Assembly: GCA_016715075.1 (NCBI GenBank)
Contig: JADKBK010000024.1
Span: 121-64,120 of the forward strand
Source: Bacteroidales bacterium
GTDB lineage: Bacteria > Bacteroidota > Bacteroidia > Bacteroidales > VadinHA17
DNA: 64,000 nt
Reading direction: 5' to 3'
Shown: positions 1-10,151 of the stretch, one piece after another
How positions within the stretch are numbered: position 1 is the stretch's first letter
Layout of the letters: the number at the start of each line of letters is the position of its first letter
The notes under the pieces: model-generated
The model's input: the letters and a program-made list of their open reading frames with translations, nothing else
The model's database searches: none
What the model was told of the DNA's origin: nothing
Program-made: the position numbers and the translations under genes

Positions 1-1968
1 TCTGTTAAGATAACTGTATCACCACAGATTACACTTGCCCAGCTGCATGACAATATTACTATCAGCAGTAATACCTCAACAAATATCAATGTTGTAGTTT
101 CCGGAGGCACGACTCCCTTCTCTGTCAGTTACGCCATGAATGGGACCAGCCTATCTCCTGTTACTAATTACACCAGCGGAGCCAATATATCCACCGGTGT
201 CCTGCCTACGGGTGTTTACAATTATACACTGACGGAAGTAAGAGACACCTACGGGTGTTCTGCAACGAACCTTGGAACAGGAATTACTGTCACCGCCTCC
301 GAAAATCAGAATATTGTTTTAAATATTAATAAAGCACTGGTTCTTGTCAATTCAACCTCTGCATACTATTCTGATTTTGCCAGTTATGTTAGCCCTTATC
401 TTGATAATTTTGGCATCCCATATGATCTGATCAATACAGGCACGACAGCCTTACCGGATTTCCAGGACTATGCAGTTATCATATTCGGACACAGAAATGT
501 TTACCAGTCAGGTTATCCCATTGCACTTCTGGAATCGGCAGTCTCTGGCGGTACAGGTCTTTACAGCTTTGATCCTCATCTGTTCGATTATGCCAGCGGA
601 TTTAATACCCTGATAACACAGATTTCAGCCAGTTCAAGTCAGATAAATATTTCAAATACTACGCATTACATAACCCAAATGCATGCCAATGACACTTACA
701 ATTCAACAAATAATGTGATAAATCTTTTATCCGGCTTTACAGCTGTTCAGAGGAGCAGACTTACAGGAGCAGTTGACCTGGCTACGATGAGTTCCGGAGG
801 AAGTACTGCCTCATTGCTTCAGGTATGCTCATATGGTAACGGAAGGGTTGTGAAGTGGGGAGGATACGATTGGATCTCCGTTGATATCCTGGGACCGATT
901 TACGGAATGGATGATTTGATCTGGAGAGGAATTGTCTGGGCTGCAAGAAAACCATTCGTCATGCAGGGCTTGCCGCCAATGATTACAATGAGAGTTGATG
1001 ATGTACAGGGATATGGCAGTAATATCCTGAATAATTTTCAATGGATATCTATTTCAAATGAATACGGGCTTATCCCATGGTGCGGTACATTTAATCATGA
1101 ACTGCCTCCAAGCTACATACCGACCCTGAAGAATTTTATAGATAACAATCATGCTACCGCATCGCCACATGCTTTTGGAAGCAATCCGGAATTCATCTAT
1201 TTTAATCATTATGGCGAAAGCCCTTTTGATCCGGTTGCAAACACTCAGGAGGCGAAAGCGTTTTATGATAATAACGGGCTCAAGATATCCAAGTATTTTG
1301 TACCTCACTATTATGAAGTTAGCTCGTCAGCTTTATCGGGAATCCGGGCGATGGGAGGTGAGTTCCTTGGAATACATATGCTGCCAGACAACCTCTATTT
1401 TGGCGGTTCGCCATGGATACATTGTGGTCCATACAGGCTCAACAATGACGGACCAGCTTCCAATGAATACTATCCGGTCTATTATGGAGGTTATGTCAAC
1501 CTGAACGGGTTAGTTTTCTTTAACTGTCTTACTGAAATAAGAGATGACGGTACTTATGAATGGTATCCTGACAATAATGTTACAACAACTGCTGCCAGGG
1601 GCATAAGACACCTGAGACGGGCAATTAATAGCATGGTTTTGCCTTCTCTTTTTACCCACGAACGATATTTCGGAGATATTACCGCCACAAACTTCAGGGA
1701 CATACTCAGTCAGATAACAACTTCGATGTCAGGATATAATCCGGAGTATACATCAACCGATTACGCTGTTCAGTACATAAGGGCAAAAACAAATATCAAA
1801 ATCACCAACGTCCGGGAAATGACATCTCAGATTGAAATATCATACACAGGAACCAACGATATGGACACAAAATGCTACCTGTTTAATGAACAGAGCGGCC
1901 AGATTACATACAGACTTGTGGGCCTCCCCCAAATCAGCGGAAGCAATACTTTAAATGTAAATAAATAA
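1..1968 (+). CDS. large secreted/surface protein of unknown function, 5' end cut by the window edge
   Basis: The frame of ORF 136..1968 stays open back to base 1 (tct gtt aag ata ... with no stop), so the gene begins upstream. The N-terminal part looks like an Ig-like repeat (VVVSGGTTPFSVSY). No family recognised for the rest. Confidence 0.6.
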   Translation, partial: SVKITVSPQITLAQLHDNITISSNTSTNINVVVSGGTTPFSVSYAMNGTSLSPVTNYTSGANISTGVLPTGVYNYTLTEVRDTYGCSATNLGTGITVTASENQNIVLNINKALVLVNSTSAYYSDFASYVSPYLDNFGIPYDLINTGTTALPDFQDYAVIIFGHRNVYQSGYPIALLESAVSGGTGLYSFDPHLFDYASGFNTLITQISASSSQINISNTTHYITQMHANDTYNSTNNVINLLSGFTAVQRSRLTGAVDLATMSSGGSTASLLQVCSYGNGRVVKWGGYDWISVDILGPIYGMDDLIWRGIVWAARKPFVMQGLPPMITMRVDDVQGYGSNILNNFQWISISNEYGLIPWCGTFNHELPPSYIPTLKNFIDNNHATASPHAFGSNPEFIYFNHYGESPFDPVANTQEAKAFYDNNGLKISKYFVPHYYEVSSSALSGIRAMGGEFLGIHMLPDNLYFGGSPWIHCGPYRLNNDGPASNEYYPVYYGGYVNLNGLVFFNCLTEIRDDGTYEWYPDNNVTTTAARGIRHLRRAINSMVLPSLFTHERYFGDITATNFRDILSQITTSMSGYNPEYTSTDYAVQYIRAKTNIKITNVREMTSQIEISYTGTNDMDTKCYLFNEQSGQITYRLVGLPQISGSNTLNVNK

Positions 1969-1981
1969 CAGGCAATTGATT

Positions 1982-3178
1982 ATGAAGAGGTATCTAATAT
2001 TATTATTTATATATTCCGGACTTTTTGGTAACGGAATGGTAAATGCCCAATGGAAAACGGAAAAAGTTCCAACCAGGAATAATCTGAATGCTGTATCTGT
2101 AACCTCAGGTACAAATCTGTGGATTGCAGGAAATAAAGGCACGATTCTATCCAAAAGCAATGGCACATGGACTGAATTTCAAAAAACCACAGCCGAGGAT
2201 CTGAGAAGCATATTTATGACAAGTGAAACCAATGGCTGGGCTGTTGGCGACAACGGCACGATTATTCATTACGATGGTAAAACCTGGAAAGCTATTACCC
2301 CTCTCACGGACCATGACCTGTCATCTGTTTTTTTCAAAGATCAGGATAACGGGATTGCAGTTGGTGACAATGGTACAATACTGATCTTTCACAAGGGAAC
2401 CTGGAGTGCTATGAATAATGATATCCGTGGAGATCTCTTTGCCGGAATTTATTTTAAGGATGATGTATGGCTTGGAGGTGGACTGGAGTGCGTCAATTTT
2501 GCAATAAAGCGGATGTCTTTCAGTAATAAAGGACTTGCACCTGTTAGCAACTTTGATTTATATGCCTCAATTAACAGTATCTGCATTTTGAGTCCCGACA
2601 ATGGATGGGCGGCCGGAAGTCCGGGTGTCTTACTTCACTTCGATGGCAACCAATGGGAACAGGCTTTGACCGATGAGAAATTCTCATCGCTCAGATCTCT
2701 CTGTTTTTCAGACGAAAATACAGGGATCAGCGTAGGATATGGTGGTACTATCCTGTGTTATTCTGACAAAAAATGGACTAAAGAAAAATCCAATACGACC
2801 AGAACATTGAACGGAACTGCTATTAAGGAAAATATATTCTATGCAGTAGGAGACAGCGGAACTGTAATTACCAAAACCCTGCCAAAAAAAGATATTGATA
2901 CAAAAAACTCCGAACAGCTGGCTGATAATATTGAGGTATATCCAAATCCCTGTGATGATATACTGAAGGTAAAAATCTCCGGGGAAGATGTATATCCAAA
3001 GGTGACTATTTCTGTAACAAATTCAAACGGACAGATTTTTCTTAAGAATGAAATTTTAAACTGGTACGGTGATCAGGAGATCTCAGTTGCCACATCCTCC
3101 TTGAAGAATGGCTTATATTCCATTCAGGCTGATATCGGGGGTAAAATACTAAAAAACAAACTTATAATACTGCATTAA
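1982..3178 (+). CDS. Ycf48/BNR-like beta-propeller protein with T9SS type A C-terminal sorting domain
   Basis: ATG at 1982 gives a signal peptide (MKRYLILLFIYSGLFG). Blade motifs repeat (GTIL/GTII ... W ...; NGTIIHYDGKTW, NGTILIFHKGTW, GVLLHFDGNQW, GGTILCYSDKKW). The C-terminus (IEVYPNPCDDILKVKI...GLYSIQ) is typical of a T9SS CTD. Confidence 0.75.
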   Translation: MKRYLILLFIYSGLFGNGMVNAQWKTEKVPTRNNLNAVSVTSGTNLWIAGNKGTILSKSNGTWTEFQKTTAEDLRSIFMTSETNGWAVGDNGTIIHYDGKTWKAITPLTDHDLSSVFFKDQDNGIAVGDNGTILIFHKGTWSAMNNDIRGDLFAGIYFKDDVWLGGGLECVNFAIKRMSFSNKGLAPVSNFDLYASINSICILSPDNGWAAGSPGVLLHFDGNQWEQALTDEKFSSLRSLCFSDENTGISVGYGGTILCYSDKKWTKEKSNTTRTLNGTAIKENIFYAVGDSGTVITKTLPKKDIDTKNSEQLADNIEVYPNPCDDILKVKISGEDVYPKVTISVTNSNGQIFLKNEILNWYGDQEISVATSSLKNGLYSIQADIGGKILKNKLIILH

Positions 3179-3713
3179 GAGACCTTATTCACAGAAAGGA
3201 ATTATAGGGATCCTGCATATATTTCAATATAATTGATGAACTCCCCGGATCAGAAGGCAAATCGAACGGCTTTCTCAATGGAATATTTATATTCAGTAAC
3301 CAACGGATAATTGAGTCATAGTTTTGAAAAACATACCCCGAAGGAATGATCTCTCCTTCGGCAGGCATCAGAAAATAAAAATGCAGGAGGAATATTCAAA
3401 TTCTTAAATATTGTTTAACTTTATTTCGGATGTGATTGTTTACAGTTGAATTCAGGTGAATTATTAGTTTATTAATCAATCAATTGACAATACTTTCTTA
3501 TGTGACTGGCGGGGATGCAGACATTTAAAATCAGTATTAAATGTGTCAACTAACTAATTTACTGAAAATTATGATCGTTTCAGTCAAGATTTAAACCCGG
3601 GTATATAAAAATTTTTGTTGACAAATAAAGTTAAAGTGGAGACCAGAATCCACTAAAAAAAACGGGGCGTAATCTGAAAAGCCAGATGAGTAAGAGATCA
3701 AAGACTATTAAAA

Positions 3714-4163
3714 ATGGAGAATACAGAAAATGCTCAACAGGTTGACAACCTGATTTCAATCAATCCGGAGATAAGGGATTATCTTTTAGAAATCTCAAAA
3801 TGGGGCAAATTCCTGGCTATAGTGGGATATATAGGAATGGGATTGTTATTGCTGATTGGATTGGGAATTATGATTGGAGGTTCCGTTATTAGCAGTATTT
3901 CAGAGGTCGATTTCCCACTGGGAATATTAGGATTCCTATATGTTTTGTTGGCTGCCTTATACTTTTTGCCGGTTAACTATCTGTATAAATTTTCATATCA
4001 GATAAAGCAAGGGTTTGGATCAGATAATCAGCAATCTGTAACTGCAGGATTTGCAAACCTGAAATCACTGTTTAAATTCATGGGAATATTTACAATTGTA
4101 ATATTATCAATATATGCCCTCATTCTCGTTGTTGCCGTGCCAATTGCGATATTCATGGGATAG
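3714..4163 (+). CDS. small multi-pass membrane protein (DUF5362-like)
   Basis: 149-aa ORF with 3-4 hydrophobic helices. The ISKWGKFLAIVGYI motif resembles a Bacteroidota membrane-protein family, recalled from memory only. Confidence 0.55.
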   Translation: MENTENAQQVDNLISINPEIRDYLLEISKWGKFLAIVGYIGMGLLLLIGLGIMIGGSVISSISEVDFPLGILGFLYVLLAALYFLPVNYLYKFSYQIKQGFGSDNQQSVTAGFANLKSLFKFMGIFTIVILSIYALILVVAVPIAIFMG

Positions 4164-4561
4164 AGATTATCTGACTTATCCTGATTTTCATAATTCCAAT
4201 CGGGAGATTAATCTGGTTATCGTCCTGATTCTGACAAACAGCAATCCCTGAGAAACCAAATAAAACAAACGGACATCCACGACAAGCGTCCTGAAATTTT
4301 GAAAAACATTGATGAAAACTGGCTGGAGAAAGGTCAGTTAATGGGAGACTTTATTAAAAAAATCTTTCTCTGAGAGCAGTACGAAATAACACATTTTCGG
4401 AATTGCAAATGGCAGTTGTATCTATCCCTCCTGATTTGATGCACTTATGTTTATCGGATATAATACCATGTTATAAAATAATTTCACACTGATTCTGCTT
4501 TTCCGGAAACAGCTAGACATGGAATACATTTGCCGGATGCACATTCACTGGATAAACAGAA

Positions 4562-5407
4562 ATGATAAATATGGAAATAGTTAAAAAGATACATTTACTG
4601 AGAATTGATTTTTCAGTTCAGATCACCCCTGACAAATCTCTGCCAAGATTTGTTAATTCACTGATAATTTTTGGTGATTCAATAACAATTGTAGACAGCG
4701 GAGTAAAGGATAGCTATAAGTTAATCTATGACTACATTGAGAAGAATAACAGGAAACCGGATGAAATAAAAACTCTTATTTTATCCCATTCACATCCCGA
4801 CCATATCGGGTCTGCTCACAGGATTAAAACTGACACAGGCTGTAAAGTTATTGGCCACAAACTTGAGAAGGAATGGATCGAAAATATTGACCTCCAGGCC
4901 AGACAGAGGCCTGTACCTGGATTTTACAGTCTTGTTAATGAGTCTGTTGAGCTGGATGAACTCCTTACGGGTGGTGAAAATCTGGAAATCGATTCAGGTA
5001 TCAATATTTCGGTAATTAATACACCCGGTCATTCAAAAGGCTCTTGCTGCCTTCTTTTCAGGGAGGATTCAATATTGTTCACTGCTGATTGCCTGCCATT
5101 GGCGGATGACATCCCCACTTATGATAACTTTAAGGATCTAAAGAACTCATTATCATTAATTAAGTCTTTCAATAATTTTAAAATATTGCTTTCATCGTGG
5201 ACATCTCCATTAAGTAATAAAAGTGACATTATGAGACTAATTCTTGATGGTGAAAACTACCTGAACAGGCTTGATAAAGCTGTTAAGGAATACTATTCGC
5301 AAAATGAATTGACTCCTCTCGAATGTTGTAGTAAAACCATAAAGTCATTAAATTTACCGCCAGTATTCGTGAATCCGATAGTTGATAAAGCTTTCAGGAC
5401 TCATTGA
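4562..5407 (+). CDS. MBL-fold metallo-hydrolase
   Basis: Canonical metallo-beta-lactamase motif LSHSHPDHIG plus downstream TPGHSKGS and D/H ligands. Confidence 0.85.
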   Translation: MINMEIVKKIHLLRIDFSVQITPDKSLPRFVNSLIIFGDSITIVDSGVKDSYKLIYDYIEKNNRKPDEIKTLILSHSHPDHIGSAHRIKTDTGCKVIGHKLEKEWIENIDLQARQRPVPGFYSLVNESVELDELLTGGENLEIDSGINISVINTPGHSKGSCCLLFREDSILFTADCLPLADDIPTYDNFKDLKNSLSLIKSFNNFKILLSSWTSPLSNKSDIMRLILDGENYLNRLDKAVKEYYSQNELTPLECCSKTIKSLNLPPVFVNPIVDKAFRTH

Positions 5408-5448
5408 AAAAATTGTTTGGCTCATAATATCTTCATAATAAAGGCTTA

Positions 5449-6006
5449 ATGGCTCCTGTATATTTTCATGATCAGACGGAATTCAGAAAGTGGCTCGAAA
5501 AAAACCACAAAGAAGAAACTGAGCTTATAGTGGGTTACTATAAAGTTGGAAGCGGTATACCAAGTATGACCTGGTCCCAGTCCGTTGATGAAGCCCTTTG
5601 TTTTGGCTGGATTGATGGAATCAGAAAATCCATTGATAGTGAACGATATACTATCCGGTTCACCCCGCGGCGATCTGGCAGTATCTGGAGCAATATCAAC
5701 ATTAAGAAGGTAGAAGAGCTCAAAAAGAATGGACTAATGAAACAAGCCGGCCTCGACATTTTTAATAAGAGAAAAGATTCGAAATCCGGAATATACAGCT
5801 TTGAGAATGATACAGCAAAACTGAATGACGCTTTTGAAACAATATTTAAAGCAAATATCCAGGCATGGGATTTTTTCACAAAACAGGCTCCCTCATATAA
5901 AAAAACAATGCTGAAATGGATTATGAGCGCCAAACAAGAGTCAACCCGTCTAGCAAGATTAAATAAAATAATCACCGCAAGCGAAAATCAGAAAAGGATC
6001 TATTAA
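5449..6006 (+). CDS. YdeI/OmpD-associated family protein
   Basis: Family-typical N-terminus (F..Q.EFRKWLEKNH....EL.VGYYK...G.PS.TW.QSVDEALCFGWIDG) and a C-terminal RL.K.I motif. Confidence 0.75.
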   Translation: MAPVYFHDQTEFRKWLEKNHKEETELIVGYYKVGSGIPSMTWSQSVDEALCFGWIDGIRKSIDSERYTIRFTPRRSGSIWSNINIKKVEELKKNGLMKQAGLDIFNKRKDSKSGIYSFENDTAKLNDAFETIFKANIQAWDFFTKQAPSYKKTMLKWIMSAKQESTRLARLNKIITASENQKRIY

Positions 6007-6098
6007 ATCTTACAAAACTCTCAACCGATAATTAAGAGGTATTGAGCATTTAATAATAATGCAGACTATCTTATGATTTCCTCATCCAATATTTTCTT

Positions 6099-6839
6099 TT
6101 ATCTGAAGGTAAAACCCAATTGCAGTTCAAGTCTGTTGAAATGAGTGATTATTTCCTTTGTGGATAGTCCTCCCCACCAATACTGATCCTGACTAAACGT
6201 AATTTTCTGGTATCGGTACCCGACTCCAATTGTTACTGCTGCCCTTTGCCATGTATACAATGCTATTCCTGCCACTGCGTTAAAGAGTAATCCTCCCCTT
6301 GAGTCAACAGGTGTATTATAATAGAATTCATGTTCTAAATCCTTATCCGAGCCTGCAAAGCCATAGCCGGTTTTAAGCAAGGCATAGGGAGAGATCCTGG
6401 TCTTTAAAGGATAAAACCTGATATCAGCATACAGAGGTATAATGGTTATTTCCATCTCTTCAAGCCCCGAACCGATTCCAATTGCCAGACCGTTTTTAAA
6501 TTGATAACCGCTTGAGAGGTGAATACTCTTGCCGGTTCTATTGCCAAGTTCGCTTTTTCCAGTGAGTATGCCGGCCGATAAGTGAATAAAGTAACCATTG
6601 GTTTTCTGATTCACCTTCACGGGATAAGTTACAGGTTCCAAAAATGACACATGATCTTTTCTGATCTTTAGTATCTGGGGGACAACAACCTTCATCTCCA
6701 GATAGTCTGAAGAGTCTGTGACAATGGTTCCCGAAATCCGGGAACCATCATTCAGCACAACTGTCTGCTTTCTCTGCTTTTGTCCTGCTGCTGTGAGAGT
6801 TAGTGCAACAAATATTACAGATGCAAAAGTTTTTATCAT
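6099..6839 (-). CDS. outer-membrane beta-barrel protein (small porin-like), signal peptide
   Basis: Signal peptide MIKTFASVIFVALTLTAAGQ. Alternating hydrophobic beta-strand pattern ending ...LQLGFTFR. Only 4 nt downstream of the LVIVD gene, so probably co-transcribed. Confidence 0.65.
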   Translation of the reverse strand: MIKTFASVIFVALTLTAAGQKQRKQTVVLNDGSRISGTIVTDSSDYLEMKVVVPQILKIRKDHVSFLEPVTYPVKVNQKTNGYFIHLSAGILTGKSELGNRTGKSIHLSSGYQFKNGLAIGIGSGLEEMEITIIPLYADIRFYPLKTRISPYALLKTGYGFAGSDKDLEHEFYYNTPVDSRGGLLFNAVAGIALYTWQRAAVTIGVGYRYQKITFSQDQYWWGGLSTKEIITHFNRLELQLGFTFR

Positions 6840-6843
6840 TATA

Positions 6844-8121
6844 CTACTTTTCTACTATATCAATATGGCTGATCTGAATTATATTATCCGGGTCGCTGTA
6901 ATCATATTGATAGATCCCACCTGTTCCCACCAGCATTAAAATATTGTTTAATGGGATAACATCGTAAGTGTCGATTTCGGGGTAATGGGTAAGCTGATTT
7001 GTGATTATTTCGAGAGGATCTGTTTTATCGTAAATCTTCAGGCCTGCTGCCCCGTCACAAACAAACAGTAAATTGCCGTCAATGCCCAATCCATGAGGGT
7101 TAAACATCGGATAAGATTTCACCAGGTAGGGATTAGTGACAGAGGATATATCAATAACCTCCAGCAGGTTCTGCCCGTTAGTACACATTGTACCTGTTCG
7201 CAGGGTAACGTAGGCATACTGTCCGTCAACAACCACGGGGTCGCATGCCGTTAAATGATCGTATGATGATATCTGGTTTGGCTTCGCGGGATTAACAAGA
7301 TCGAAAATCAACAAACCTGTTGTGGTTCCAATAAATAAATTATTCCCGATGATTGAAAGTGTCTCCATATTCCGCGGTACATCAACACTGTCAATTATGG
7401 ACATTTGAGACGCCGATTCAACATCCACTGTCTTTAGTCTTGAGGGGATGGCAATAACATACAGGTATTGTTCATTCAGCATGAATCGGGCCATTGAGCC
7501 ACCTACTCCGGCGCCTCCGGTCCAGTTGCCGTTTGTTTCAGCCTTTAACATGAAGTCAAATTCACCATTGTAAATCATGCCGCCATATCCATTTTCATCT
7601 ATTTCTTCGGTAATGGTTTTCACCGCCCACCCAACAATAACTCCCTTTGAATTATCCACCATGGCATAAGGGAACATTCTGTCTCCCTCAGGAACAATTT
7701 CCGGGAATACATTCTTCAGACGACTGATCTCGACAGGATTATTAACATCGCTGATATCAATAGAGAGCAGGTCAACATAGCTGTCAGCAAACAGTATGTT
7801 GCCACGGATGGCCATATCAACGTTTCCCACAATCTCGTAGAAAGCAATCTTCTCAGGTTCTGAGGGATTGGAATTGTCTATTACGTGTATCCCCTTTCCA
7901 TACTCATTAACAAACAAGTACTGATCTTTGAAGTATATTTTACCGGGATGTGAGATATCTATGGGTTCGCTTTTCTCAAAACTGCTGCGAAACTCTTTGA
8001 ATGGCATATATACTGGTACATTTGCCTCATAGGTAATAAGTTCAACAGTCCTGTCATGGCAACTTGTCATTGAAGCTGCCAAAACAAGGAAGATGGCTAC
8101 TGTTTTCAACAGATCTTTCAT
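6844..8121 (-). CDS. LVIVD-repeat beta-propeller lipoprotein
   Basis: Lipobox (LVLAASMTSC). Repeated LVIVD-like units (KGIHVIDNSNPSEP, VDLLSIDISDVNNP, GLLIFDLVNPAKP, LLEVIDISSVTNP, GLKIYDKTDP). Confidence 0.75.
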   Translation of the reverse strand: MKDLLKTVAIFLVLAASMTSCHDRTVELITYEANVPVYMPFKEFRSSFEKSEPIDISHPGKIYFKDQYLFVNEYGKGIHVIDNSNPSEPEKIAFYEIVGNVDMAIRGNILFADSYVDLLSIDISDVNNPVEISRLKNVFPEIVPEGDRMFPYAMVDNSKGVIVGWAVKTITEEIDENGYGGMIYNGEFDFMLKAETNGNWTGGAGVGGSMARFMLNEQYLYVIAIPSRLKTVDVESASQMSIIDSVDVPRNMETLSIIGNNLFIGTTTGLLIFDLVNPAKPNQISSYDHLTACDPVVVDGQYAYVTLRTGTMCTNGQNLLEVIDISSVTNPYLVKSYPMFNPHGLGIDGNLLFVCDGAAGLKIYDKTDPLEIITNQLTHYPEIDTYDVIPLNNILMLVGTGGIYQYDYSDPDNIIQISHIDIVEK

Positions 8122-8198
8122 ATGTTGGGTTTTTAAATGTTTTACCTGATTTTAATTTCAAACTCCGGTATCAAACTATATTATCCGAAAGCACAAAA

Positions 8199-9446
8199 CT
8201 ATTCACCCAGCGGGTTAACTATTTGCCCGATGAAAAGGAGTGCATTTGTTGTACGTTCGCGTATGGCAAATATAAAAGGCTTATCAATTATAAACTGTTT
8301 TGGCTGTGGAGGTTGACTTGTAACTTCAACTCCAATTGTTGTAACTGCAGCCGCCTCAGTGCCTTTCTCATCTACTTCCACGAAGGTATTCTGCTTTACA
8401 AAACTGACAAAAATTGAAGCATCGGAAATACCCGAAAGGTTCGCCAGGCCGGGATTGAATGCATCGGTCATTCCCATGCTTTGAAGCTGATCGTTAAGAA
8501 CCTTTTCGTATGAGAACTTGAATTTTGGCATGTATACAATCATTTCTCCGTACTCCTGCTGTCCATCAAATGCAGATGTAATGGCATTCCACCTTTCTGA
8601 CGTGAACGACTGGTTGAAGCTGGCAAGGGTTTCATCGGGCACAATAACTACCATTGTGAAGTTAGTACGACCGTATGGTAATTCAATAGCCTTGTAATTG
8701 TCTCCCGCTGCAACTTTGGATCCTGGTTTGCCATTCATTGTGGGTACATTGACTGAATTGCCTCCGGTGGGAAAGAAGGGTCTGTCCGATGTAAGAGTTT
8801 TATCGAACTGATAGCTCCAATCTCCCTTAAAGTAAAGAGCATTCATAAGAAACATTACTGCATCGTCTGATATCCCATCAAGCACTTTTGGGATTTTCCC
8901 ATTTGTATTATCGCTGGCCCATTTATTTATAGTAGTAAGAGCAGATGGTAATGCAAAATCCAGACCATCTGTCTGTGCAGTGAAATCGGTGCTCATCGTA
9001 TTAAGGAAAGGATCCTTAACGCTAAACGATTCCCGGTAGAAAATAGCATTTGCCAGGGTAAGTTTTACTTTTGGGTCAGCCTTCAGGAGTTGAGTTACAA
9101 GGCTCTTGTACACCTCATTTACCTCACCCATACTCATACCATCCGGATACCTCAGTGTTGTCTTTAATTGATCGTAAGTATCCCCACCGCAGCCGTTAAG
9201 AAGCATTATAAGAGCAGTGCTGGCACTCAGAGGCGATAGCATCAGGTTACTGTTTTCCTCAACAGCAACTTTTGTAAACAGCTCAATACCAAACTCATTA
9301 CCATTCGCAATTACCTCAGGGGCATTAACATTTAATTCCAGATTTTTTGGAGTCAGATCCGGTTTCTTATCAGGATTGTCTTTCGTACAGGAAGTGTATC
9401 CGGATATAAGGAACAAGCTAAGAAGTGCTATTGCAGATTTTTTCAT
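8199..9446 (-). CDS. serpin-family serine protease inhibitor, lipoprotein
   Basis: Lipobox LISGYTSC. Serpin hinge and reactive-centre loop EKGTEAAAVTTIGVEVTSQPP. C-terminal serpin signature FIIDKPFIFAIRE..TNALLFIGQIVNP. Confidence 0.9.
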   Translation of the reverse strand: MKKSAIALLSLFLISGYTSCTKDNPDKKPDLTPKNLELNVNAPEVIANGNEFGIELFTKVAVEENSNLMLSPLSASTALIMLLNGCGGDTYDQLKTTLRYPDGMSMGEVNEVYKSLVTQLLKADPKVKLTLANAIFYRESFSVKDPFLNTMSTDFTAQTDGLDFALPSALTTINKWASDNTNGKIPKVLDGISDDAVMFLMNALYFKGDWSYQFDKTLTSDRPFFPTGGNSVNVPTMNGKPGSKVAAGDNYKAIELPYGRTNFTMVVIVPDETLASFNQSFTSERWNAITSAFDGQQEYGEMIVYMPKFKFSYEKVLNDQLQSMGMTDAFNPGLANLSGISDASIFVSFVKQNTFVEVDEKGTEAAAVTTIGVEVTSQPPQPKQFIIDKPFIFAIRERTTNALLFIGQIVNPLGE

Positions 9447-9704
9447 ACAAGTTTTTTTATTTAGTATTCTTTGGAATCAATTTTACTGAAACTATTACAT
9501 AATACGTAATAATTGAGTAAAACGCTACAGAGAGTATCAACCATCTTATTCACATCTTCATCTTCAAACCTATGGACTGTTTCTTTTCTTTTTCAAGGAT
9601 GAATGATCTTTCATGGCAATACAATATTTTCTGTTAATATAAAAATAACTACATTTTAAAGGAATACAACTTTGTTACTACTGATGCGTTTGATTTCGAT
9701 ATAT

Positions 9705-9810
9705 ATCGTGCCGCGAAGTGGCACAATCCCTTCAGGGTTGCCAGAGGGTTTTCTTGTCTTTACCGTGGGTTGCACCCACGGTTATTCACATTAAACCCCT
9801 TCGGGGTTGA
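9705..9810. repeat. cluster of short GC-rich hairpins (REP-like element or small structured RNA)
   Basis: GTGCC-gcgaagt-GGCAC (9708-9724). CCGTGGGT-tgc-ACCCACGG (9763-9781, 8-bp perfect stem). AACCCC-ttc-GGGGTT (9794-9808). All embedded in a ~700-bp AT-rich intergenic region. Confidence 0.5.
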
Positions 9811-10151
9811 AACATCAATTCAAATCAAAAAAACAACCAGCACTTATAAAAAGCTTATTATCAATAATATAAAAATATCTTTTTCAAATTATTTCGTCAA
9901 CTGTACAACTTTGCGATATTTTTTTACTTTTTATAATGTAAAAATATTTTACGGTTAACTGTAAAACATATTTACTATCGAGGTTCAGTCCCGTATATAA
10001 TCAGCTTTATATCTGACACATACAATTATGGCATCATTTTAGTTCTAAATTCTATAACCTAAAAACAGAGTCAAATATCTGAGACCCGATGATTTGATTT
10101 TCAGATGCCAAATTAAACAATCAATAATACAAACAATAAATAAGTCAATAA

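Noticed and set aside
4200-4375. Stop-delimited frame without an ATG encoding ...DIHDKRPEILKNIDENWLEKGQLMGDFIKKIFL* between the membrane protein and the MBL hydrolase
   Set aside because: It could be a C-terminal remnant of a decayed gene. It is only ~50 codons long, has no start codon, and I cannot assign it to any family. The evidence is insufficient to call a pseudogene.
9770-9958. 62-aa ORF (MHPRLFTLNPFGVET...) in the serpin/FtsX intergenic region
   Set aside because: It begins inside the GC-rich hairpin cluster and continues through AT-rich low-complexity sequence. There is no ribosome-binding context and no protein-like composition. The hairpin element explains it better.
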